From: Trichoplax adhaerens | Taxonomy: Eukaryota > Animalia > Placozoa | NCBI RefSeq assembly: GCF_000150275.1 | Contig: NW_002060944.1 | Location: 4,840,123 to 4,904,122 of the forward strand | Reading direction: 5' to 3' | DNA length: 64,000 nt | Notes under the pieces: generated by a model | What the model saw: only the letters and a program-made list of their open reading frames with translations | The model's database searches: none | What the model was told of the DNA's origin: nothing | Made by a program: the position numbers and the translations under genes | Shown here: in pieces, positions 42,401-54,088 of the stretch | Position numbering within the stretch: the first letter of the stretch is position 1 | Layout of the letters: every line of letters begins with the position of its first letter

Positions 42401-45400
42401 TGTTGTTGAATAACAAACTAAGGAGTTTTAAAAATTATCCAGTTTAATCAAAGAGATGCAAGTATGTAAATATTAAAAATTATGGATGAAAAATGTATCT
42501 ATTACAGAAACATGAAAGTAGTAAAACTCATATCAGTAATGGGGAAGACATCATATCCAGCAGTAAGGTAGGAAAGCATAACCTAAATAATACATTATTA
42601 CACACCGAGTATATATGGAGTGCCTTCCTTTTTAATAATGTACTGAAATCGTCTAGAGAACCTTTTATTTAAACCTTCCTTTTAATAATGTACCGAAATC
42701 GTCTAGTAAAAATTAGTATATATCGTTAGAAAATGTTAATATGCAAATTAAATGAACATATCACAGAAACATGAAAGTAGCAAAACCCACACCAGCAAAG
42801 GGGAAGATAACGCAACCAGCAATAAGGTAGAAAAACACGTTCCAAATAACAAATTATTATTCACTCAGTATACGTGTATAATGAGTGTGTTTCTTCAAAT
42901 AACATACCAAAGTCACTAAACATTAACATAAATCATATTAGAAATATCAATATAAAAATTAAACGTACATATTACAGAAGCAAGAAAGTAGCAAAACCCA
43001 TGCTGGCAAAGGTGAAGATAACACATCCAATAATAAGGTAGGAAAGCACATTCTAAATAGCAAATTATTGTGCACTTAGAATATATTAAGCGTATTCCTT
43101 TTAATGAAGTGCTGAGGCCATTAGTATAAATCACATTAAAGATGCTAACATATAAATTAAATGCACATACATCACAGAAGCGTGAAAGTAGCAAAGGTCT
43201 TACTAGTAAAATCGACGACAATCTATCCAGCAGTAAGGTATTTACAATGTCATAATCCTATGACATAACGCTTTTGCAAATATGAATGACATAAAATGAT
43301 GCATACAATAAATTCTTTACCTCATTGTTATACATTAAAAAAATAGCTTTACATAAAACATACAATAATTAATGCAAAAATATGAAATAAATTTCATGTT
43401 TTCCTTTTATACAAACTAATACTCAAAGGTAAATTTATCTTTACTCATTTTAATTGCAGAGGAGTTCTAAGGATAAGATTGATCGGAATCGTAAATCAAG
43501 ATCAAGTGGTGATCGTAGATCGTCAGATAAAAAGGTTTACAATTAATTAAAATAGATTAATACGTCAGTTTTATATCTAGATCTTGGAAAATTTAAAAAA
43601 CCGCAGCAGTTAAATGAATTTAACGATTCTTAATTATTCCTGGTATTTGCAAATTCGGTGTTCTATTTGAGCTCGCAAACGTATTAGCATTTAAATATAA
43701 ATTTGTAGGATATAAAAACAAGAAATTAATTTACCAATATACGTATAATATGCTTTTTGGCTGGATACTAGTCAAGTTTATTAATTTAAATTTATGATAC
43801 TATTAATAATACTTGCGTACTTGTACGTCCTAAATGTTATTGCACCATTCTTGATATCAAAAATCTACAGCATATCTAGAATTTCTATGTTATGTATATA
43901 CACTTTTAGTCATTAAAGGAAACTATTTTGAGCTTCGATTTCAAGCCTGGAGATACTGTTCGTAGTGGTAGCAAAGTGAGCTTAATTTTCAAATTTTCCA
44001 AAATATCTTCATATGAAGAGCTACTGCGTTAAAATCTTTAAGCTATGAATTTTTTACACTATATTTCACACCACTTTTGGCTAAAATGATGCTAATATCA
44101 ACTAAGGTCGGCAAGTTATGCTATTTTGGGAGGACAGAATTTGCCGATGGAATATGGGCTGGTATAAAATTAGATGAACCTATCGGTAAAAACGATGGTA
44201 CAGTAGATGGAGTAACTTACTTTAGTTGCAAACCTAAGCATGGTAAGATGTGAATGAATATGTAAATATATTCTAAGATCAACAAGGCACTCGTCAATTT
44301 GTTGTAATTTAGGTATTTTGGTAAATGCGTCCAGAGTACAGAAAGTAACGGACCATACAACTAGTGGTAGCAATCAGTTTTCCGATCTTATACCTAACCC
44401 TTCGGAGATAAAGAATATTTTCGAAAGTGCAAGTGATTCTTCGCAATCACAATCCAATCCTGACGAAATTAGCGTATTAGACCTTTTACAACTGAAATAT
44501 GAATCATCAAAAATTAGGGTAATGCGACTTTACAATCCACTCATTTACTGTAGAATAGAATAAGTTCTAGAAATATGAGATAAGACATTCAAAATAAGAT
44601 TGTATAATTAGGATATAGACTGTCATAAGCATTTCTATTCTGCCATTTTAGATAGGAGACCGAGTCATTGCGTCCGATGATAAACCAGGAGTAGTTCGTT
44701 TTGTAGGAAAAACTAAATTTGCTAGTGGGTGAGTAAATTCTCAATATTGCGATTGCTGGTCAATCATTAGATAATTAAATCTTATTGATCTTCTTAACTG
44801 ATTTACTTCATGAATATTTATTAAAATACTGATATTGGAAATTGAAATTAAATTGAATAGTACCTGGATTGGGATTGAACTTGATGAAGAGCTAGGTAAG
44901 AACGATGGTTCGACGGCTGGCGTTCGCTACTTTACTTGTAAGCCCCGCCATGGCGTCTTTCTTCCACCATCTAAAGTTATGAAGTATGTCGATAGCATCA
45001 TTATTCCTACTGCTTTCATTTTGGGTATTTTTACTAAATATGAATAATTTAGAGGATATCTAGATTAGCATGTATTAACTTATTAATCGGTGTATCTATA
45101 ATTTAGGGATTTAAATTACTACTACGCAGCGAAATTACAGAAAGAATCTGACTTACAAGCTGCTCAAGCTGAAAAAGCCCGATTAATTAAAAATGCTAAC
45201 TTGCCAGATGAGAATAAAAATAGGTATACCTACCTTTATCTCATTTTTCACCCGTATATCAATCAGTGCATTTGATTTCATGACTACGAAATTGTTGACT
45301 AAAAGACTGAACTTTGATACTATGTAATTATGTTAAAACATAGCAGTATTTGACAAAACGACAACCTTTTGATTTTACCTTACTCATTTTGTACTTACTT

Positions 45401-46509
45401 TAAAACGAAACTGTACATATTACGTGAAAAGTATACAATATACTGTAATTTTAAATCAAGCATTCATTAGAAATTTTTACGCTCGAGGTTATTGGAATCG
45501 AATTTAGATGGCATGTAAAACTGATTTCAGGACATTTCAATTCTTGCAAGCTGTTCCAATAAATTTTTTATCACAAGTTAAATTAGTTGATTCTATGGTG
45601 TACTATAAAATTATCAGCTAGGGAATTTAAAACCTAACAAAGAACGCTATGTTTTCATATTGGATTAAAATTATCAATATGCAACCTATAACCCTATTTT
45701 AATCGATAATTTAAGAATTTTTTTATCCACTATGTCTGTGACAGGGATGTTTCTGCTTCGAAATCAAGTATAAGTGACAGCGTTGATACAGTGCTTAGAA
45801 ATAGTAAAATCAAAAGAGAGAGTGATGAAAAAGCGATAGCAATGAATCTAAAGCTCAAAACCAATACCAACAATTCTTTAGGCAAATCTGACCCTAACTC
45901 TTCCAGTATTACTGTCACAACGGTGAGTTATTATGGTCAATTTCAGCTGCATTGGTAATTTTCTAAATTAGAAATTGTATTTCATCGTACAGGGAATGAG
46001 TGCATACGTCAACAGCGACATTGGAATTATCAGATTTATCGGTTATGTTGAACCCCTGCATGGAAATTATCTCGGCATCGAGTTACGCAAACCAAGTAAG
46101 TTTACTGCGGAGTAGCCAGGAAGCCTATTGCTACACTGATAATGATAATTCATACTAAATTTATCTGCATCAGTTTAATTAATTTCACTTACAACGCTAT
46201 TTTAGAGGGAACCATGGATGGCACATATGAAGGCAAAAAGTACTTTGCCTGGTATGATATTTAGTTATAATCCAAACACGCGCAAATTCTTTCTAGACAC
46301 AATAATTTATCGTAGGAAATGTGATATACGCGTATGTTAATTTTTATCTGTGTTTAAAATTGAAAAACTATTCTGTTAACTCTCATGACGATCATCTTAA
46401 AATTTTGTTTTTACTTGTCTTCTTTAGTAAACCCAATCATGGTCTTTTAGTTAAGCCAAGTGCCGTTACAGTCCGGGGAATTAATGCAGCTGAATTAATT
46501 GAAGAATAG
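33447..46509 (+). CDS. CLIP4: CLIP4/CLIP3-family CAP-Gly linker protein (ankyrin repeats, long repetitive linker, 3 CAP-Gly domains); roughly 40 exons, start approximate
   Basis: Spliced [84 protein letters not shown]-Gly domains [42 protein letters not shown] and [22 protein letters not shown]-terminus [19 protein letters not shown] resembles CLIP4. Confidence 0.88.
36748..40417 (+). repeat. Mini-exon family A in CLIP4 (phase 0, 63-87 nt, consensus ~xSPKDxKKNKSRDxxKKIDSLDQDE)
   Basis: AG/GT-bounded, stop-free exons at 36748-36825, 37116-37187, 37309-37383, 37471-37545, 37658-37732, 37894-37965, 38087-38173, 38303-38365, 38544-38627, 40331-40417. Confidence 0.85.
38860..40230. repeat. Degenerate intronic minisatellite, ~60-bp period with ~120-bp dimer structure
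   Basis: Recurring ttcaaatcttag...aaaaatact...aaattggcttgaagaacttcaatctttcgat blocks. Confidence 0.7.
41628..43237 (+). repeat. Mini-exon family B in CLIP4: eight exons of exactly 60 nt, phase 0 (KHESSKxHxSKxEDxxSSNK)
   Basis: Exons at 41628-41687, 41889-41948, 42088-42147, 42288-42347, 42508-42567, 42767-42826, 42978-43037, 43178-43237; each is preceded by YAG and followed by GT. Confidence 0.92.
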
Positions 46510-47287
46510 TCTTCCATTACTTATTAAGAAGTATATGACAAAATACCAACTTTTAACTAAGAAACTAAATTTTATGCGTTGCAATAAATATAGAAAAAGC
46601 AGTCTTGAGTCAATATTCTAATTCGATATAACAGTAGTATTGTGCAGTATATGGCTAATTTATTAATTTAAGATAGCATACCATATGCTTGAATATAACC
46701 GTATCTATATTTGCGAACTACTCGGTCAAATAATCTTATACGCATCATTCTTTCAATCTTACCCTTCTATTTTTACTAATTGTATTGCAATATTCTAATT
46801 TCAAGGATATCATTATCTGCGCTTACTTGCTATTTCATACAATCATTCCGTTGTACTAATTCTATATACTACGATTCGTCGTCAATTTATAATATCTTTT
46901 CTCTTAATGGTGTGTTCTCGCTTGCTTATACATATATATTATAATTCTCATTTATTAAAATTGCTTATTGTATAAGGCCATGTTTGTACAATGTAAAATG
47001 TATCGAGTACCTGCCTTGACATTATATAGTTCATTGTATGGCACTGGAATATTTATGAATTAATAATGTTTATAATTAAGTATCTATCTATTATCACTAG
47101 ATTTATTAGGTCTCGAAATAAAGTTAAAAGAGAAAATGGTTCTTAGCTAGTACTATATTGTAGGTAGTTTTACCATTAACAGCTCAACAATATTTATATA
47201 CGCGTATTTGCTAACGTTATGAAATTATACGATAAAAATAAATTAAATCACTTGTATTATGACATAATCCTTTTGCCTGTATTGAAG

Positions 47288-47625
47288 TGTCACGGTGCTA
47301 ACTCACCGTACCAAAATAGTACACGCTTTGCGGCTACAATGATATTGTAAGCCGAGGAGATTACGTAACCAGATATAGATTGTAGACGGTACGATTTAAA
47401 TTGTGATGTGTTAAAGGTCATTTACATCTATAGTTGGATTAGTATTATTCTAAGAGGTGTGTAAAAGCTTGTAGATAAGATCTATTTAAACGATTGGACA
47501 AATTAATAAAAAGTTAGTTCTTAGTTCCTAAGGTTAGAAGTATAACGGAAATCGAAGGTGTACGAATTATTGCGAGATCGTAGATTCGATCACAACGTTA
47601 TCTTGTCACACGGGAATTTGTGACA
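47288..47625 (+). mobile_element. Short solo LTR (338 bp), near-perfect TSD TGAAG/TGACG
   Basis: TGTCAC...GTGACA ends; TATTTAAA ~47483, AATAAA ~47505; 3' motif cgttatcttgtcacacgggaatttgtgaca; lies between the convergent CLIP4 and ZER1 3' ends. Confidence 0.78.
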
Positions 47626-48663
47626 TGACGACGTTTCCATATGTTGTAATAGCTCTAACGTAACTAATTTGAATTTGTTTAGGTAAAAGAATGACAGTAA
47701 AGGCGAATAAATCAGTTGTAATACGCGATAATTATGAGATTGTTAGTGATTATATATGTTTATTTGTTGTTAAATAAGCAATGGCAGCTATACAATTTAT
47801 ATCGAGCATACTCCCCTAGAATATTACAGAATTGACTATCTTATGTACAATGATCGAAAACAATAGATATACATCATATAAGCCAGGTGCGGAGTACAAA
47901 TATACATACGTCTAACAGTCATTTCTCAGTCGCCCTTTGCCTATATAATAAAATCTGTTCTACTAGCTGTAATTAAAGTGTGGTTCACACAAGTAATTTA
48001 GAATAGCAGATTTTATTACTGATTCTCTATCGATTGAGATACTACGTATTACGTAGACAATAGTACAACAAGCTCCGATAGACAAGGAAAACTTCCTGTA
48101 ACAGCAGATCTTAGAAAAGAAGGACTAAGAACAACAATGGCAGANAAGTGTCGCTGCTTAAATATGTTATCTTACTTGTTTGTAGCATGATAATTGTGAA
48201 AAACATAATTCAAGACTTACAGAACTTAGTATGAGAATAAAATTATACGATTAGTATCATATTCTACGAAGCTGAAATCAACATACTTGAATTATCACAA
48301 ACATTCTAATATATATCTATTATTGTTAACAACCCTAGATTTTGGTATTATTTTTAAGTTATATCTAATTTACTTCTACATAACATGTTGACAATAATAG
48401 CTTATCTAACAGCTGCACTACAGCCTATTCAACAACAGTAGATAACTCGTACATTGATCAGTAAGAAGGCTGGAAAATTTTCTGCATAAAAGATATGAAA
48501 AACTGCAAATTACCTTAAGGAATTATAGCAAAAGTTATTTTTGAAAAATTTTTGGTACAAGTCATTACATAGTACGCTGTTAATATTAAACTAGCTTTCT
48601 CTCATACTATATTGTCAAACTAAAATATAGCGGCAATTTTGCTTGTTAATAATTACAATGTGC

Positions 48664-51314
48664 TTATGTACTGCTTAAATTTAAGTGCTTAGTATCTGTA
48701 GGTGACATAGCGTCCCTATCAACCTTCCAAGTCACACATTGTTCAATTGTCATATCTAAATAATTTTGCATACGAATTGGAATGTTTGTCTGATTACGAA
48801 CACTTCGTAAATGTGCAAGATCTTTCCAAAGCATTGGACAATATTTTGTAGCTAAAATTTTAAAATGTTGACGTTAGTAAGCTAACCACGCAATGAATAA
48901 TTAATATTTAGCAGCAAAGCAGATTACTAATAATAAACTTACGGTAAACTCCAGTCAAATTTGCAAATGCCCAACTAGCAAAGTACTGGACTTGCATTGT
49001 ATCATTAAGTAGAAGGTAAATTATCGGCGTTAACGATCTGCAATAGATACACCATGAATAAACATTAGCCGAGTATAAGTATCAAGTGGTACATTTAAAT
49101 GGCAATCACTTTTAAATGTCATTAACCTATAATTGATTGTACGGTCTGCTTTTATATTCCAACTTTCGCTTACACTAATCTTTATGTGAAAAATGGAACA
49201 TTTAGGTTAGAAAAATTTTACTTGAAAAAATGTAAAAAGTTATCAATGGATTGAATCGCTCACAATTTCATTTAAAGTCTCTTCACGTAACGTTTCGCTA
49301 ACAGTCCACGCATCCTCTCCATCGGATGCTAAATGAGCCAAAATACCTGCTGAATTATAGCCTATTTCTAATTCACTTTCTCGTAGTAAAGATCTATAAA
49401 TCATGACATAGAAACAACATTTTTTTAATTTTATCACATATATTGCCACAACAATCTACAGCATAACTACTAAGTTAGGCATTTCTAGTACATACCGGAA
49501 CATTCTCATACAGTCTTCACGCATCAGGTAAAAGCGTAAGGATTTCACTTCCGCAACATTACCCTAGTTTCGTAAATGTAATAAAAATACATTTCTTTAG
49601 CTATGAAATTTGTAATTGAAATCTATAACTATTTAATAACTTACCAACAATCCAAGCATATTTACTATTAACGTTTTATCACCATGTAAAAACTACAAAA
49701 GTTAATTGATAAAGAAATTAATACAAGATTTCATTAAATGATAAATCTTATGCGTATGTGTGAAGGTACAATTTTATATCTTGAATTTACTTACTTGGAA
49801 ACATTGTAAAAAGACATCAACCCCATCGTTTTTTAAAAACCTTTCACAATTTTCAGGTGTCTCATCTAATAAACCGGTAGTTAAACTATCATGTAGATTA
49901 TTTTTCGTATTAAAATAGTACAAGAAATATCTTACCAGTTACGTTCCACATTGCACTCCAGGCCACATGCACAGCATGAGTACTCTAATGATGTAAAGCA
50001 CGATTTACATTACGCAATAAAAATGTTGTTATTAAAACAATTAAATTAAATTACTCCCAAAATAGCACTAACAAGTATTCAATACTTTACCCTTCTAAGG
50101 TCTTCTTCGTCCAAGGCCGATCTTTCTTGTAATCTAGCAGAAATAATTCCAAGTAACAGCTAGAAATAAAACAAAAAATTTTTATCATCATTTAATTTTT
50201 CCACTAAAAATGAATTTTACTACATCAGCAAAATGATCCCTTACTTCGATGAAATTTAAAGAACCAAAATATTCCTTGCTTTCACCAGATACCTATTTAC
50301 ATTAATATGCATTAGACAGTAGATAATACCAAGCCCAAGATAACTGTAATTATAATTAATTCTAGTGTAGTATATATTATATGTTATAAAATGGATGATG
50401 ACTAACTACCGAATCTTGCAATACTATACGTACCGTTATTTGAAATGCTTACCTGACAAACTAATGAATTACAAAGTTGTAGGGAAATTCTCTGAACGAA
50501 ATCGTCCAAACTATTAGTCATGTATCCAACCAAGACTTTAGCCAATCTTTCATATACAAATGTCTGTATATAAAAATAACATCTTCTAAGTATGATAATA
50601 CATTATGACACTTGATTATCACTACAGATAGCAATCTTTCTAACACCAAAATACGTACAACTTCTATAGGAATTCTAAAGTTGCATAATGAGACGCAAGT
50701 ATTCTTTTGCAACTATCCAGATGAAAAGTAGATAGCATAATTAATAGTTGAAAATGTATTTTAAAAGAGCATATTAATAAATCTAAATTATAACATTATT
50801 AGATAGTGCAATATACGTAATAGTTGATAGGTAAGAGCTATAAAAAGACAAGCCGTTCTATACCTGAATTCGTGTAGATTGTGAGTGATGATGTTCCATA
50901 GCCACCAACAATGCTGATACTGCCATTCTAAAAATATTTATCAACCAATGAGTTATCAATGTCCTAAATTTACTAGTTGTCATTATAATAACATAGATAT
51001 TATATGTTATTGTAACAAATCACCAGTGAAACAATCAATGCTGTAATAATAATTATATTATAGTGATGTAATGATGGAACGCAATCATTGGAATCATTGC
51101 AATTGATATTAATTCTGATATAAATATTATACTGTCAACTTTTTACTTCTACTGCTACAATCTGAAATCTTTTACAGCGTCAATGCCAAACGATTCATAA
51201 TCGAATAGTTATCACTTATTTAATCAGTTGTATAATATCATAATTTATCATCAATATTTTTCCTATCATATCTTGTCGAAATATCGCTACCAGAATAATT
51301 AATGTTAAGGATGC

Positions 51315-51348
<34 letters not shown>

Positions 51349-54011
51349 TTATATTAGTACATGCTTAGTTTACTATATCGATACCCATCACTAAAGCGAT
51401 AGTCAATTACAATAGTCATTCACCTTCTTAAGTCGATGCTTTGAGTTGGAGACGCTGAGTCTTTAGTGAAATGATAGATTGAAGCACTGCAAAGAATATC
51501 CACAAGATAATAGAAACGTAAGAGATTGACTGAAGCATCGCAGTGTCAAGAATAAACAGCTTTGCATTAGATATTCCGAATTTTAGATTACCAACTGGTA
51601 AAGCGACTTTTAAAAACACTAACAACATGCTTATCCTTATACTAACAATACTTAACTTTCTTTTGTAATCAAGTAACGAAAGTAGATATAACCATAATCT
51701 CCACTATAAAGAATAACTATCATTTGTTTTAAGTACTAAAATGGTGATTGATTTTAAAATTTACCTTCCAGCGCTTTGGATACTGTAATCATCAGGATAT
51801 GTTAACATACATTGACAGACAGCCTGTTATAATGAGCCATTAATAAGAGCAAATATCAGTAAGAAGCGAATAGAGTCCAATAAATTTGATCATTTCTATC
51901 AAGCCATTTTTAGTTGGGTGATACATCCAATGGGCTAAAAATGAAAACATACCTCTAAAGCTTCATCATTATTGGATAGGTTAGAATGCCTGGCAATTTC
52001 GAATAGTCGTCTTAAAGCAGAGTCAACATACTGACGGCGATTTTTATATAATTTTAAGACCAATACGATTTGATGTTCATCTTGCTCTCCGGTAGTCTAA
52101 TGAATTATGATTGGTAAGATGAAGTTATAACCAATCTAATTTACAATTGAAATAAAAAATAATTCAACTCAGATCTACTGCAATCCTTGGATTACTAAAC
52201 CCATGGATAGCATACGTATCACTTTGTTTGTAATATCAATATTATTGTTTGACTCACATATTGAGCAAGCTGAGATAATCCAGGAAAATTATGATAATCG
52301 ACAAACATCAAGCCTAAGAATTCTAACTTTGGCTTGACACTTAATAAAACTTCGAAATTTTTTCGACATAATTGCATGCCCGATAAATCGAGAGCTTCTA
52401 ACTTGGTTAATTCTATGCAATGATAAATGACAATATCAATATTTAGGTTAGTGAATAGCTTCTAATTTGATTCATTTGATGTAATGATCAGTGATTGTAT
52501 AGAATATTTAGGTTCGTTAATAGACTCATAGGCATATTTAGTCAGTTAGCTGGTTCAATGGCCAGATCGATGGACATATCTATTACAATAAATGATTTCT
52601 TTCCTGGTTGATTTGTACTGTGGTTAGTATCTATATGAAGCATCAACTACCGATACATAGATATATCGTCAACAAACGCCGATACATCTATTTCGATGAA
52701 GTTCTTCTATTGATAAATTAATCAATTACATCCAGTTTGAAAGGCAATTATTTAGCGGATTAGTCTATCACGACTATCAATGTAACGAACTACTGAATAA
52801 ACCAATTTTTTTTTGTCCAAGAAAGTTATTGATATTTCCACGATAACTGCATATGAATGTTTATTCTAGGCTGTACTAATGTTATAATGAGTACTATATG
52901 AATGCATTATTGTAACTTGGGGTATACGTAATATCATATGATGATTGCGTTGATAACATGGTCAGGTATAAAATTTTGAAATAGTATAGTAGTAGCCTTC
53001 ATGCTTGTTTTGCTATTCAAGGAATTCGCTAGCACTAGACGATCAGTTAAAATGGATTGGTTAGGGGAAAGAGTGTAATGCTGAAGGACAACGTTAACAT
53101 AATTTAAAAAGTGTAGTTCTATCGCAGGAGGATAAGAGGGAAAATATTGTCTCATCATTAACAGTGGATTTCGAGCGTTTACCATCATGCTGATATAATA
53201 AAAAAAAAAAGGGAAAAATAATCATGAGCTAAAAATGAAGTATGCTATTGTATTTACCATGGAATAATTCATCTTCTATATATCCATATTGCCTCATATG
53301 TTCATAACCATTCATTGGTGAACATGAGATGTCCAATTTGCGCAAATTTTTCAATCTTAATACTGTCTTTAAAATAAAATCAGTGCCTAAACTATCGAAC
53401 AAGAGTAAGCACTCCAAGGTATCGGCTAGCACTTCTAGACCTTTCAATGACTTCAATTGTAAACCGGATAAATTAATGGCTTTAAGATGACGTAAGCGTC
53501 TTCCTACATCCAATACATTGCTATCAATTTTAGTATAGCTAGCATCTAATGATCGCAATGCATGAAAATTGACGACACAACGAAAATGATTAATGGATGT
53601 ACAATGATTGATATTTAAATGGCGCAACGTTGAAGCACTTTTACTCTCGAATAAATACAACACATATTCGGTAATATGATCATTTTCTGATACATCAATC
53701 TCTTGTAATTCTTGATTGGCTAAATATGATAATCCTTTATTGCTAATTTTACTTCGACGAGCACATAAACGACGCATTTGATTGTGGCTACCACTGCGAA
53801 ATAAAGAAAGCCAAGCTTCATTGAGAAGATGACGAGCATTAAGCCTTTTGATCATTGCGTCGCCAATTTCGGGTGGTAACGACAAGGTGGGATAGAGAGG
53901 AAATTGAAATCCACTGCCGTTAGGCTGATCGACATGCGAGCTTAACTGCTCAATTAATACATCGATACAATATGCAACCAGTGAAGGCACTGAATAAACA
54001 GGAATATCCAT
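48664..54011 (-). CDS. ZER1: ZER1 / zyg-11-related CUL2 substrate receptor (LRR + ARM), multi-exon
   Basis: N-terminal VPSL...C box and LPPEI, LRRs (LRxLDIS), then AWSAMWNVT|DETPENCERFL, MLGLL|GNVAEVKSLR, EIGYNSAGILAHLASDGEDAW, RTINY|RSLTPI, FASWAFANL, KYCPML; stop TAA at 48664. Confidence 0.9.
51319..51345. repeat. (AT)n microsatellite in a ZER1 intron
   Basis: About 13 uninterrupted AT units. Confidence 0.9.
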
Positions 54012-54088
54012 GATCAACCAGAATAATGTGTCATCAAAATGGAAGACCAAAGGGAAAAGATGGTTGCTACGTTATTGACTAGCGACCT

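Noticed and set aside
45222-45745. U12-type intron (gtatacct ... atccac)
   Set aside because: The donor does not match GTATCCTT, and a normal gacag acceptor restores the frame.
80-46509. Functional clustering of a tubulin glutamylase and a CAP-Gly protein
   Set aside because: They are 31 kb apart with unrelated sequence between; no evidence beyond coincidence.
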